Shown here piece after piece: positions 26,311 through 38,442 of a stretch of DNA of 64,000 nucleotides. This DNA is from Octopus vulgaris. Its lineage: Eukaryota. Each line of letters opens with the position of its first letter. Within the stretch, counting starts at the first letter, position 1. The DNA is taken from positions 148,676,001 to 148,740,000 of the forward strand of contig OX597817.1 of NCBI GenBank assembly GCA_951406725.2, read 5' to 3'. The notes below the pieces were generated by a model. It was not told the origin of the DNA. It saw only the letters and a list, made by a program, of their open reading frames with translations, and did no database searches. A program made the translations under genes and the position numbers.

Positions 26311-26313
<3 letters not shown>
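24693..26313 (-). mobile_element. Full-length Tc1-like DNA transposon with long IR/DR TIRs and inactivated transposase
   Basis: TA-flanked CAGTTGCGGCCAAAATGTTCAGAAC... TIRs of about 220 bp, with internal direct repeat GGCCAAAATG(T/A)TCAGAAC. Transposase pieces run 25989-24927. Confidence 0.95.
24927..25989 (-). pseudogene. Tc1 (DD34E-type) transposase pseudogene
   Basis: HTH plus GRPRKTT, FSDESK, KFGGGSVMVWG, FMQDIAPCH, WPAQSPDLNPIKNVW (catalytic E replaced by K). Frameshifts split it into at least 3 ORFs. Confidence 0.9.
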
Positions 26314-26382
<69 letters not shown>

Positions 26383-26399
26383 TATATATACATAAATAC

Positions 26400-26465
<66 letters not shown>

Positions 26466-26489
26466 AGAGAGAGAGAGAGAGAGAGAGAG

Positions 26490-26582
26490 CACCAATTCTC
26501 GTCCGATCAACAAAGTTAAGCAACGTCGAGCCTAATAAGCACTTAGCTGGGTGACCGCTTGGGAAACCTAGGAGCTGTAAGC
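26490..26582 (+). pseudogene. 5'-truncated 5S rRNA-derived sequence
   Basis: CACCAATTCTCGTCCGATCAACAAAGTTAAGCAACGTCGAGCC..AG.ACTT.GCTGGGTGACCGCTTGGGAA..CTAGG.GCTGTAAGC matches invertebrate 5S rRNA from about nt 25 to the 3' end. Confidence 0.85.
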
Positions 26583-26889
26583 GTTACACATTTAAAAGCG
26601 GTGCTCTTCCATGCCCACAGTCAAATGACTGAAACAAGTTAAAGAGTATATGTATGTGTACACACACGCACTCACACATACATATATATACACTCTAGTA
26701 TACAGTCTAGTACATTCTCACGCGTCTGAAAATCCAGCTATCTCTATTGAGATTGTATGCTTCTTGATAGACGAGAAGCAGTAATTAATAAGTTTAAGGA
26801 CAACAGGGAATAGAGAATATCCAATCTTTCATTATGCAATCATCTATGTTCTTCTATTTTCGCCTTTGTAACGTTTCCGCCGCTATACT

Positions 26890-27097
26890 CCTTACTCTTT
26901 TACTCTTTTATTTGTTTCAGTCATTTGACTGCGGCCATGCTGGGGCACCGCCTTTAGTCGAGCAAATCGACCCCGGGACTTATTCTTTGTAAGCCCAGTA
27001 CTTATTCTATCGGTCTCTTTTGCCGAACTGCTAAGTGACGGGGACGTAAACACACCGGTTGTGAAGCAATGCAAGGGGAACAATAACAAACACACAA

Positions 27098-27132
<35 letters not shown>

Positions 27133-27305
27133 CATATACACGACAGGCTTCCTTCAGTTTCCATCTACCAAATCTACTTACAAGGCATTGGTCGGCCCGG
27201 GGCTATAGCAGAGGACACTTGCCCAAGATGCCACGCAGTAGGACTGAACCCGGAACCATGTGGTTAGTTAGCAAGCTACTTGCCACACAACCACTCCTGC
27301 ACCTA
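26890..27305 (-). mobile_element. Full-length SINE family B
   Basis: Reverse complement of the 20414-20828 type. Confidence 0.9.
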
Positions 27306-27459
27306 TGAAGATGTATCTTTCGCATCTTATAGTGCAAATTTACGCAACAATCCATCAAGAGCCTCATCAGGGCATTTTGACAGCTAATTTTATTTCTTCG
27401 AAATGGAAAATAATTCCACCAAAAAAAAATTTGGGGGTTTCTATTATTTGTTTATTATA

Positions 27460-27935
27460 TATATATATGTTATAATTTGGAACAAACAGTAAAAGGTTGT
27501 CATTATAGTCATTATAGTACTCGGAGTTTCAAATGTTGGAGCGTAGAGCTACGATACGTTCCCGTCGGCTATTATTGGCAACAGACGCTATGAAAAACCG
27601 TTGAATAAAAGGAAATTACTCTGATAGTTAGAAAAAGGGGAAAAAGACATTAAAATCTCACGGAACCATATTCTCACAATACATAGGCATAAACCTCCTG
27701 CGTTCAAAACGTCTACTCACGTACACACTCAGACAAATATGCGTACGTACATGCACACTCTATGTATTGTGAGAATGCATGTATTTTTCTTTTTTCTTTT
27801 TTTCTTTCTCTAATGGCGTCTGTTGTCATTAATAGCCGTCGCGAATGCATCGTAGCTCTTCGCTCCAAAATTCGAAACTCCGAGTACTATAATGACAACA
27901 TTTTACTCTTTGTTCTAAATAATAACATATATAAA
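27460..27935. mobile_element. MITE/foldback element
   Basis: Imperfect inverted arms of about 130 bp (GTCATTATAGTACTCGGAGTTTC.AA..TTGGAGCG.AGAGCTACGAT / ATCGTAGCTCTTCGCTCCAAAATTCGAAACTCCGAGTACTATAATGAC), plus inner IR ATTCTCACAATACATAG / CTATGTATTGTGAGAAT. Confidence 0.85.
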
Positions 27936-27979
27936 TAATCTTCTATTTATATAATATCTAGGTCTTTTGTTGTTACTTA

Positions 27980-28000
27980 TTACTATTATTATTATTATTA

Positions 28001-28079
<79 letters not shown>

Positions 28080-28099
28080 CAATATTATTATTATTATTA

Positions 28100-28163
<64 letters not shown>

Positions 28164-28185
28164 CAATATTATTATTATTATTATA

Positions 28186-28232
<47 letters not shown>
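27980..28232. repeat. (TTA)n microsatellite
   Basis: Directly visible. The poly-Ile ORFs are artefacts. Confidence 0.98.
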
Positions 28233-28234
<2 letters not shown>

Positions 28235-29601
28235 TATGTTTGACTTTTGCTTTATATTTGTACAAGTTGGCTCCAAGTCTCACCCAGAGACCTCAAGAGA
28301 CAACAGGGTTGGAAGTTCATGTTGTTGTTATGCCTAGTGTGCCATATATTTGGGGGGTGGGGGTGTTGTACTAATGAATGTCTAAAAAAAATTTTTTTTT
28401 TTTTTTAAACCGAAAATTATGTTTGTTTTAAACCTTGAGATTACATAGAAAGTATTTTGCGTAGGATATGAGCAGTTCCCATGAGCACTATCTTTTGAAT
28501 TTCTGCCATTTTTGGGTTTCCTGGTATCTGAGTTAGGTAGCTATCTGCCCCTTTTGCTATCATTCCCAGGGCACCTATGACAACAGGTATTGTTTTAGTC
28601 TTCAGCTTCCACATTTTGCTGATTTCTATTTCAAGATCTTTATATTTGCTCAGTTTTTGGAAGGTCTTGACAGATACATTTATATCGATTGGGACAGTCA
28701 TATCAATGAGGAGGCATGTTCTTTGTTTGAAGTCTTTCAATATGATGTCTGGCCTATTTGCATCTATCTTTCTGTCAGTTTGAATGGCGAAGTTCCAGAG
28801 GAGTGAGATGTGGTCATTTTCAAGCACTGGGTGTGGTTTGTGTTCCCACCAGTTTTTTTCATGGGGAAAATCCAGGTTTTTACAGATTACCCAGTGAATA
28901 TATTGTGCAGCTCTATCGTGCCTGTTGAGATACTCTGTAGGCGCTAGAAGACTGCACTTGGAGACCACATGGTCAATGGTTTCATTTTGTTGCTTGCATA
29001 CACGACACGTTGGACTGCTTCTGATCTTTAATATGTTGGCCTGGTAGTTTCTTGTTGGTAGGCATTGATCTTGAGCTGCTATGATAAACCCCTCTGTTTC
29101 AGATTTTAAGCCAGAGGCCATTAGCCATTGATGGGTCAGGGCTTTGTCAACATCTGCATTATTTGCTCTCTTTGGGTATTTGCCATAGAGAGGTTTTTCT
29201 TTCCATTTATCATTCAGAATATCTAAGGCCGCAGATTTAGCACGGGTTTTCATGCGCTTAGCTTTTTCTGTGCCTGTTTCTTGTATGTCTAACTCTAATT
29301 CCGAAATTTGTTGTATTCGGAATTCACTTAGATATTCCTTTGCCTGTTTTGTTACTGAGTATGATGCTTTCTTGTTTTCATGTTTTGAGACAAGTTTTAA
29401 CATCCAGTCCTCAGAGTTTTTCAGGTAGGTGTCTAGGCCAATTGTAGCAATCTTCATTGTTATTGCCAGTTGTAAAAGTCCACGGCCTCCTCTTTTCTTG
29501 GCAGATAAAGTCGTTCTGTATCTGCCTTAGGGTGGTGCATTATATGCATTGTCAACAGTTTTCGTATTTTTCTGTCAAGATTACATATTTCAGTAATTGA
29601 C
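28233..29601 (-). mobile_element. 5'-truncated R4/Dong-clade non-LTR retrotransposon flanked by (TAA)n
   Basis: ORF 28441-29457 plus upstream frameshifted MHHPKADTERLYLPR. 3' UTR at 28233-28440. TAA repeats on both sides. Confidence 0.88.
28441..29457 (-). CDS. C-terminal part of RLE-type LINE ORF (zinc knuckle plus PD-(D/E)xK restriction-like endonuclease)
   Basis: WL..GLKSETEGFIIAAQDQ, CRVC..NETIDHVVSKC (CCHC), RHD, RPDII..LIDMTVP, K..KY.DL, PVVIGALG. Confidence 0.88.
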   Translation of the reverse strand: MKIATIGLDTYLKNSEDWMLKLVSKHENKKASYSVTKQAKEYLSEFRIQQISELELDIQETGTEKAKRMKTRAKSAALDILNDKWKEKPLYGKYPKRANNADVDKALTHQWLMASGLKSETEGFIIAAQDQCLPTRNYQANILKIRSSPTCRVCKQQNETIDHVVSKCSLLAPTEYLNRHDRAAQYIHWVICKNLDFPHEKNWWEHKPHPVLENDHISLLWNFAIQTDRKIDANRPDIILKDFKQRTCLLIDMTVPIDINVSVKTFQKLSKYKDLEIEISKMWKLKTKTIPVVIGALGMIAKGADSYLTQIPGNPKMAEIQKIVLMGTAHILRKILSM

Positions 29602-29647
29602 TATTATTATTATTATTATTATTATTAATATTATTATTATTATTATT

Positions 29648-30160
29648 CAGTAGTATATTTTTTTATATCGTGCTTTCACTTCACTACCGAGCACAGCTCT
29701 GTGTACCTTGGGTATGTGCTGTGATTTGTTGTGATGCTCTGATGGTTATTGTATGGAAAGTGTTCAGCGTAGGATGTGTGCCGTGCCTAGTATTGCAATT
29801 TTCTGTATGTTATATGTGTTTGTAAGTCCTGGTGTTTTTGTTATGTATTTGTCTGAATATTTTTTTTATCATGCCTAATGCACCTATTATGATAGGAATT
29901 GTTTCTGTTTTTAGATTTCACATTCTGGTTACCTCTATTTCCAGGTCTTTGTATTTTGAAAGTTTCTCCATTTGTCATCCGCTGGTATTGATACATCAAT
30001 TAGAAAACATTTTTTCTTCATGATCTCTGACAACTACATCTGGTCTGTTGACCTTAATTTCTCTATCTGTGTGTATTGGCATATCCCAGATATTCTCGTT
30101 TTCTGTGACCTTTTCTGGTGTGTGCCTATACCATCTTTTTTTTGTTGTTATTACGTATTT
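29648..30160 (-). mobile_element. 3' fragment of a second R4/Dong-like family
   Basis: EKLSKYKDLEIEVTRMWNLKTETIPIIIGALG on the - strand. Near-identical to 58639-59070 and ends at (TAA)n. Confidence 0.85.
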
Positions 30161-30501
30161 AATCGTTTTGCTGCTGGTTAAAATTACTGCAAAAGCATGT
30201 AACCGAAGATCTATGTGAACCGACTACTTTCCTTTTATTGCACTGGAAAAGGGAAGCTTTACATAAGATTGTTGCAAAAACATTTAATTCGAGAAGAATG
30301 TCCATTCAGCATAATTCATTTCCTACAAAGCGGCACAACTGCCAACGTGACAATCAATTGTCGAATGAATCTCAAACATTGACTAACATTAAATTATCAT
30401 ATACACACGAAACCATCCTATATTAAAACAGCATGATTAATAAAGTTTATAATGTAAGTAGAACGGCGCTAGCACTAATATCTTATACCAGGTCTTAAAT
30501 A

Positions 30502-31066
30502 TTGGGATGTCCGGAAAGTTCGTGCCGATTTTTAAAGGAAAGAAAAAGGTCAATAAATAATTGCCATTACATTTTTAATCAACCAAATATGAACCATTTT
30601 GTTGCACAAAGCATCTCCATCTTTCCTTTAACTTGAAAATACCCTCTTCCCAGAACTGAGGTAGTTTCATGGCAAATAATTCATCAAGGTATCTTTTTAC
30701 GTCATCCAAGGAATGGAAATTCTTACCATTAAGACGATTCTGCAGAGACCTGAATAAGTGGAAATCCGAAGGAGCAATACCTGGTGAATATGGAGGGTGG
30801 GGTAACACATCCCAGCCGAGCTACAGCAATTTTTTCTGGTTCCCAAAGCATCAAGTGTCGAAAGTGAACTTGCTTATATTCCATTTTAAAGGGTTACAGA
30901 ATTAACACAGGTTATAGGAACATAAACCTTCTTCCACGAAAAGATAGTTTAAACTGTGCTCTAAATGGAGGTTTAGTCAAATTCTATTTTATGGACTCAA
31001 CCATGTTCTAAAATAAGTCGAAATTTAAGCTACTATAAATCGGCACGGACTTTCCGGACAACCCAA
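30502..31066 (-). mobile_element. Internally deleted mariner element
   Basis: TA-flanked ~30-bp TIRs TTGGG.TGTCCGGAAAGT.CGTGCCGATTT. Residual LPHPPYSPGIAPSDFHLFRSL (YSPDLAPxD motif). Confidence 0.9.
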
Positions 31067-31530
31067 TACAAAGGGTTTCGTTTAGATTACCTGTGTATCA
31101 CTAAACACCGTGTTTCGGCCTCATTTGGTCTCTTCGGTGACAAACAACTCGGGTGTTTTGAGTTAAGAGAGGAAATGCTTGTTGTGATTTTGAAATCGGT
31201 AAAGAAATCACTTACTGGTTTGTGCGAAAGCTAACTGGGCTAGAATTAAATTATTATACGCACTTGAAACACACCGGTGAAGAATACAGGTGTGTATACA
31301 CATTTATGATGTATATACATGCGTAGAACGGTACCAATATTTTGTCTCAGAGACACATCTTGAATAGACATTTTTCAAAAAGCCGACGTCTCGATAAACA
31401 CATTCAGAAGCATTCCTTGACCATCCAATAGGTTTTCAGTGAAGCCCTGTTATCAACACAAAAATTTCTTTGAAAAGTAATTCTCAGACGAAGTATTGCC
31501 CATTCTTCCGTTTCGTGTTTTGTGTACATA

Positions 31531-32163
31531 CTGGTCTCAAATTTTGGCAAACGGCCACCAATTTCGGGTGAGGGGAAAGTCGATAACACCGACCCTAAGT
31601 ACTCGACTAGTACTCATTTTATCGACCATGAGAGTATGAAAGGTAAAGTCAACCTCGGCTGGATTTGAACTCAAAACGCCAAGATGGACGAAATGTCGCT
31701 CAGTATTTTGCCCGACCTGCTAATGATTCTGCCAGCTCACCGCCCTTGCGTTTTGTGTACATATTCTTTCCTACTCTAAGCACAACGCCCGAAATTTGGG
31801 GGGAGGGGGACAGTCGATGAGATTGACCCCAGTACGCAACTGGTACTTAATTTATCGACCCCAAAAGGATGAAAAGCAAAGTCGACCTAGGCGGAATTTG
31901 ATCTCAGAATGTAAAGACAGATGAAATACCTATTTCTTTACTACTCACAAGGAGTTAAACACACAGGGGACAAACAAGGACAAACAAACGGATTAAGTCG
32001 ATTACATCGACCCCAGTGCGTGACTGGTACTTAATTTATCGACCGCGAAATGATGAAAGGTAAAGTCGACCTCGGCGGGATTTGAACTCAGAACGTAACG
32101 GCAGACGAAATACCGCTAAGAATTTCGCCCGGCATTCTAACGTCTCTGCCAGCTCACCACCTT
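31531..32163 (-). mobile_element. Two adjacent SINE family A copies
   Basis: Heads at about 31745 and 32162. Bounded and separated by the repeated site GTTTTGTGTA(C/T)ATA. Confidence 0.85.
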
Positions 32164-33039
32164 GTTTTGTGTATATATCATAAATGATATACAACCGGTA
32201 TTTTATTGATTAGCATTATTCAGTAATTTGAGACCTCGCGAGCACTGGATTTTGGGAAGGATTTGAAATGAGACATATAAAGGAGCAAAATGACTTGAGG
32301 AGAGCAAGTAGAGACACAATACACAGAACAGGAAATGTTAATGTTGTCAGCTAATATAATTGCAAACACCGTAGAATTTGTAATGCATCGTGTGAGAATC
32401 TATAAAAAAGTAAGGGCTGACATTTCAAAAATATTCTTTGAATGCAATATAATAATTTATATGAGTTCCTTGCATAAATTTTCTATTATATTAGCTTTGA
32501 TGTTTACGATGTCAATTAGTTTTAAATTAAATACACTTTTATCAGAGATTGCATGTAATGCTTGCATTAAGTTCTTGATATGCAGCACGAAGTTGTATTT
32601 CGAAACCCTAATTGGCATAACCTGTAACACATGCATATAAGCTTATATATACATGCATGCATATATACATGCATGCATACATACTCGCGCACGTACACAC
32701 ACATATATATAGTTTTACAAGTAAAGAAAATTGCACTTCAAGTTTATTTTGCAGATTAAATATTTTCATCTGCAGTTTGTGATGTTAGTGTGCATTAATT
32801 TTATAGATTTAATGGCGCTTCTGATCGGTCAGGTGATGTGGACATAAGACCAGAAACTGATTAACTAAATCAATTGCTACAAGACCAAACGTGCCTTATC
32901 CTTAGTGAAACTTTGGGTAATGCAGCTTTAAGTCAAAATCTCTTCATACACAAACACACACACAAACACACATATGCGCAAAGATGTATTTATATATATG
33001 TGTGTGTGTCTGTGTGTGTGTGTGTGTGTGTATTATCTT

Positions 33040-33263
33040 ATACCTTTTACTTGTTTCAGTCATTTCACTAAGGCCATGCTGGGGCAACGCTCTCAAGGGT
33101 TTACTCAAACAAATCACCCTTTGAACTTATTCTTTCGGTCTCTCTTGCTTAAACGCTAGATCACAAGGACGTAATTAAATGAGCGCCGTTAGACAGTGGG
33201 GAACAATGTTACACATACGTACATATATACATATATACACGCAAATATACGTATATACATATG

Positions 33264-33338
<75 letters not shown>

Positions 33339-33740
33339 CGTAGGGGTGGCTGTATGGTAAGTAGCTTCCTTACCAACCACATAGTTCCAGGTTCAGTCCC
33401 ACTGTGTGGCACCATGGCAAGTATCTGCTACTATAGCCTCGGGCCGACCAAATCATTGCGAGTGTATTTGGTAGAGGCAAACTGAAAGAAGCCCGTCGTA
33501 AATATATATATATATATATACGTATGTGTGTATGTATGTGAGCATGTATATGTTTATGTCTGTGTTTGACACCCCAACATCGCTTGACAACCGATGCTTG
33601 TCTCTTTACGTCCTCGTAATTTAGCAGTTCTGCAAAAAGACCGATAGGATAAGTACTAGACTTACTGGAGTCGATTTGCTCGACTAAAGGCGGTGCCTCA
33701 ATATGGCCACAGTCAAACGACTGAAACAAGTAAAAGAGTA
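33040..33740. mobile_element. Partial (-) and full (+, 33337-33740) SINE family B copies
   Basis: GTGGCTGTATGGTAAGTAGC...GTTCAGTCCCACTG...GACTGAAACAAGTAAAAGAG. Confidence 0.85.
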
Positions 33741-34899
33741 TATTTATATGTATGTATGTATGTATGTATGTATGCATGTATGCATATATGTATATGTATA
33801 TATACATAGGTATGTATATGTGTATGTGTGTGTATACTTTATTAAAAAACAGCAAAATTATCAGAAAAACTTTACTCAGATTTTCACGTTCCCGTTCGTC
33901 GGACAGTTTTGTTATATATATATATATATATATATCAATGAAATATGAATGAATATTTTTGTACCGTTGAATCATGCAATGATGTGCTGAATTTGAAGAT
34001 ATTTGCTTGATGTTCCGAAAGTATTTCATGCACTGTATGTAGTGTATTCGATTGTGGGAGATAACCTCCACATATGGAAGTGAAGAATATATGCGGAAAT
34101 AGCGGTGATGTTGAAGCCCACCTTACTTCATGGAAGAATAGAATTGCCCTGATGTGATGACTTGCTTTCAGTATGTTCATCGATGTGGGATGTCACCATT
34201 CCCGATATAGTCACCAACAACCACATCATGGAAGCAACAATCCATTGTACTTCAAAGAATCGATCCTACATGCATATATCTTTACTTTGAAGTAGTATTC
34301 TTGAGGTCAACTGGTGTATTTGACAAATTGACACTGGAACGGATGTGGCAGCCTGTTGTGCAAGCTCATGTCTGCGATAGTTAACCAGTTTTTCCATTTC
34401 TTTATAGGAGATGTTCTACAGATTTCTGTTCCGTTGGATATAGAGGAAGAATTGGAATTCTTGAAAAGACAAGGAAGAACATTTATTTGAGAATCATTTT
34501 GAATAAAATTTTCAGAACTTAACTCTACGAATACACGGAGAAATACATTATTATGATCCATATTTTAAAAGGATTTAAGAATTGTTGTGCACATGCTTGT
34601 ACTAATCTTTCTTCTTATCTCTTTTGATTCTCTTTCTTTCTCTCTGAGTTTGTTCCACCTTCGTGGTTTTCTTATTATATTCTAAATGTGCGTGTATGTG
34701 CCTCTGTGTATGAGAGAACGAGAAAGTATGTTTGTGTATGACTGACTATGTGTGTGCGTGCGTGCATAAGCGTATATACATGTATGTCATATATACGAAT
34801 ATACATATATACACACACTTACATGCTCATATATATAAATATATATATGTATAGATATAGATATATTGAATATATATATATATATATATATATTGAATA

Positions 34900-34949
<50 letters not shown>

Positions 34950-34954
<5 letters not shown>

Positions 34955-35150
34955 GGAATTTACAAAAAAACAACAACACAAAAGACGAAAACGGGTGTGT
35001 AAAATAACAAACAGATGTATTAGTTTAACTCTCAGGCAGGAAGTGAAAAATCTTTTACATTTCGAGACTACGCTCTTCAAAAGAAAGGAACACAGAAATA
35101 AACAGAAAGAGAAAATTTTTAAAAAGGTTTAGTGGTTAGCGATCAAGCAT
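34950..35150 (-). repeat. Short dispersed repeat family C (Penelope-like, degenerate hammerhead-like motif)
   Basis: Reverse-complement homolog of 53830-53990 and 63055-63212. Confidence 0.7.
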
Positions 35151-35227
<77 letters not shown>

Positions 35228-36155
35228 CACTATCCATAAATTTTTTGATATATTTTTGTGATTGTGCTTGTGCGTGTGTATCCTCGAAAATGCAAACAGA
35301 GAATATAAAATGACATTGGGCGAGGAATATCTTATCATAAACTGGAACTGATAATTGAGAAATTTATTGCAACATTCCTGCAGTTATAATTACGCAAGAA
35401 AAGTTTAAACCCTGCGCTATAAGCGATTACGCCGACAATGAAAGCATAAAATGTTTATACAACATCGATGCAGCCCAACATCATTAGCTGGATGAATACA
35501 GAACATTTATCTATTAAAAACCTTCCCCTGGGTAAGATTTGAACTTAGTATTTACTATGTTCAGTCAGGCAATTGAACTAACGATGGATTACTACGTTGG
35601 TGGTTATATAGCTGCTGCTGAAATCGCATGGTTTTGTTTACAGAGAGGGAAAGAAAGAAAAGCTAGAAAGCATTCATTCATCAATACGTGTGTGTTGGGT
35701 GTTTATCTGTTTAATGTCAAAGCCGCTATGCACAATTTACTGGAAGGTGCAATATTAGAGTAGGAAAGCTCGCGTATGCAAAGGTCAACTGATTAAGTGC
35801 CAGGCATCAATAAATTAGAAAGTTTGTCCTCGACTTATACGATTAAACAGAATGGAATTGGTTAATTCCCTTGATGGATAAAGTCTTGCAATGAATATAT
35901 ATTCCACCATACTTTTGCTCTTAGTAGCTTGCCTTTGATTGCTTTTGTTTGTTTTGTTGTTTTATTTGTAATTTTTGTTTCCATTTAATACCTACCAGTT
36001 ACCAGTTATATATTTTCACTTATTTCTGCAATTTCTTTCTAATCCAATATTAAATATACTTTCAAGCGATTTGTTTTCATACTCTCCCTATCTTTTTTCT
36101 CTCTCCTTATACATACATACATACATACGTACATATATATATGTATGTCTGTATA

Positions 36156-36194
<39 letters not shown>

Positions 36195-36204
36195 CTATAT
36201 ATAT

Positions 36205-36235
<31 letters not shown>

Positions 36236-36274
36236 TATATATATATAATTATATATATATATATATATATATGT

Positions 36275-36387
<113 letters not shown>

Positions 36388-36869
36388 CCGTTTACCCATT
36401 AACTATTTATTGATTATTTCAATTGGCATTATCAGTGTCTATATATCCTAATAGTGCAAACACGAGAATCGAATGTCTAACATAATATGGTTTTTCTATT
36501 ATTTAAATTAATACTTTACAAATATTACTTAGTTTTTCGTATTTTCTTTTTATTCTGAATGCACGAATGCCTGACGTTTCTGAGTTAATCGGAAGAGGAA
36601 TTGCAGCCTACAGGACAGTTTGCAGGGCCTCCCTGACAGGTGGGTGGAAGAGACAAAGTTACTGGATAGTTGTAATAGACTGGACTATGATAAAGATCCC
36701 CAGTCTCCATTCACATTCCCTTGTTGTTTCTATACTCGCTTGCGCTTTTTCGCAAATGGTTCCCTGAGCAAATGGTTCCCTCCTATCACAGCTCTTGTTG
36801 GTTTTGAACTTTTATCGATGCTTCTATAATCATATTTGTTTCTACGTAAGGATGTTGGTCCTACACAAA

Positions 36870-37022
36870 ATCATTTTACTTCTCGGAAGAAGTAGTTCTC
36901 ATTAGCCTCTCACCTTTGAGTGGTCCAGCATAGTGGGGATGATGCCTTACCAAGGTTTTGGGCTCCACTGGCTTAGCTTTCAGAATCCTTGAGGCAGATA
37001 TTCTATCACACCGCAACAAGAA
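36870..37022 (-). mobile_element. Probable RTE-clade LINE 5' end remnant
   Basis: CTTGTTGCGGTG...TGCCTCAAGGATTCTGAAAGCTAAGCC...ATGCTGGACC..TCAAAGGTGAGAGGCTA on the - strand; same layout as 22853. Confidence 0.45.
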
Positions 37023-37465
37023 TGGTATTTTATGGTTGACTAGTGTTTATAGCTGTAGCGTATAGTATCCACAACCTTAGTATCTTGCTAATAAATGGGA
37101 TACTTTTTCTGAGTATAGAACATTCTATATCTTTTGGACAGTTTCTGAAATTAAGGCTAATTTGCACTGTTAATATATTGCTTATGTGCAATATATGTGA
37201 AAGTGATGCTGTTTTCGTTTGCATATATCGATCACTCGTAGGACAGGCAGAGAACGATTTGTATCGTGTTTTAAAAAGAATTTTCCACTTTACCGTTGGG
37301 TGGAGGTTCAGCACAGTTAAAAATTGGTGTACCTATTGACGACGCTTTTGTCATAGATTGGAAGATAATTGCTTTTAAGAAATATTGCCTCAGGTCGACT
37401 AAAGCCTTGTTAGTGAAATGTGTAGAAAGAAACAATATGAGAGCGTGCCTGTGTGGTGTTGTATT

Positions 37466-37508
<43 letters not shown>

Positions 37509-37578
37509 GTATGTGTTTGTGTATGTGTTTGTGTGTGTGTGTGTGTGTGTGTATGTGTTTGTGTGTGTGTGTGTGTGC

Positions 37579-37610
<32 letters not shown>

Positions 37611-38129
37611 GACAGAGAGACAGACAGAGACAGACAGACAGACGGTGGCGATGGTGGTGGTCGTGGTCGTGGGAGGCACTTGTTTGATTAAACCATTCAA
37701 ATTGTTGCCCCAGCATGGTCGCGTATCAATGACAGAAACAAGTAAAAGATAAAGCGATAACATTAAATACTCCAGCTTGAATAGGAAGAAACAATAGCGC
37801 AATAATTAGTAGATGTTTTTATCAAACTGTAAAAACATTACTTGTACAACGAAGGGAAAAAACAGCAAAAACGAAATCACATTTAAGACAATTACTCTAA
37901 TTTGGCAGATAATGCATTTAAAATTTGATAAATTACGGAAATATCCATAAATATCCATTTTATGTCTTTCCGAAATTGTCACAATAAAATTCGTATTCGA
38001 TGGAATGAAATTTTCCTGTATATCTCTATACATTATTCTATCATTGATATCAATTTCCTGGGAAAATATTCTTTATTTATAACATAATAGAGTAAAAGCA
38101 TGTGATTTCGCTGTATTGAATTTGATACA

Positions 38130-38442
38130 TTTTTGTTGTTTGTTATTGTCGTTTGTTCCTTCTCGAGCCATGCCTGCCTTATAAGGGCCGGTTTCCCGGT
38201 TTCACTGGTGTGTAGGCTCCCCACCTGGACAGGGCGCCGGTCCGTTACAAGTGAGCTGCTAGATACAGGAGGAAAGAGTGCGAGAAAGTTGTGACGAAAG
38301 AGTCAGCAGAAGTTCGCCATTACCTTCTGTCGGAGCCGCGTGGAGCTTAGGTTTTTCGTTCATAAACACATATATAGCCCGGTTGGAGATTCGAACCCGC
38401 GATCCCTCCACAGCAAGTCCGCTGCTCTATCCACTAGGCCAC
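38130..38442 (-). mobile_element. tRNA-derived SINE, third family
   Basis: A box GTGGCCTAGTGG, B box GGTTCGAATCTC, central GGAC.GGCGCCCTGTCCAGG..GGGAG...GAAACCGGG, and an AAC-rich tail. Confidence 0.8.

Noticed and set aside
26490-26582. Functional 5S rRNA gene
   Set aside because: It lacks the first ~25 nt, has multiple substitutions, has no oligo-T terminator and is not in an array.
38370-38442. tRNA gene
   Set aside because: The acceptor stem is incomplete and the sequence continues into a SINE body and tail.
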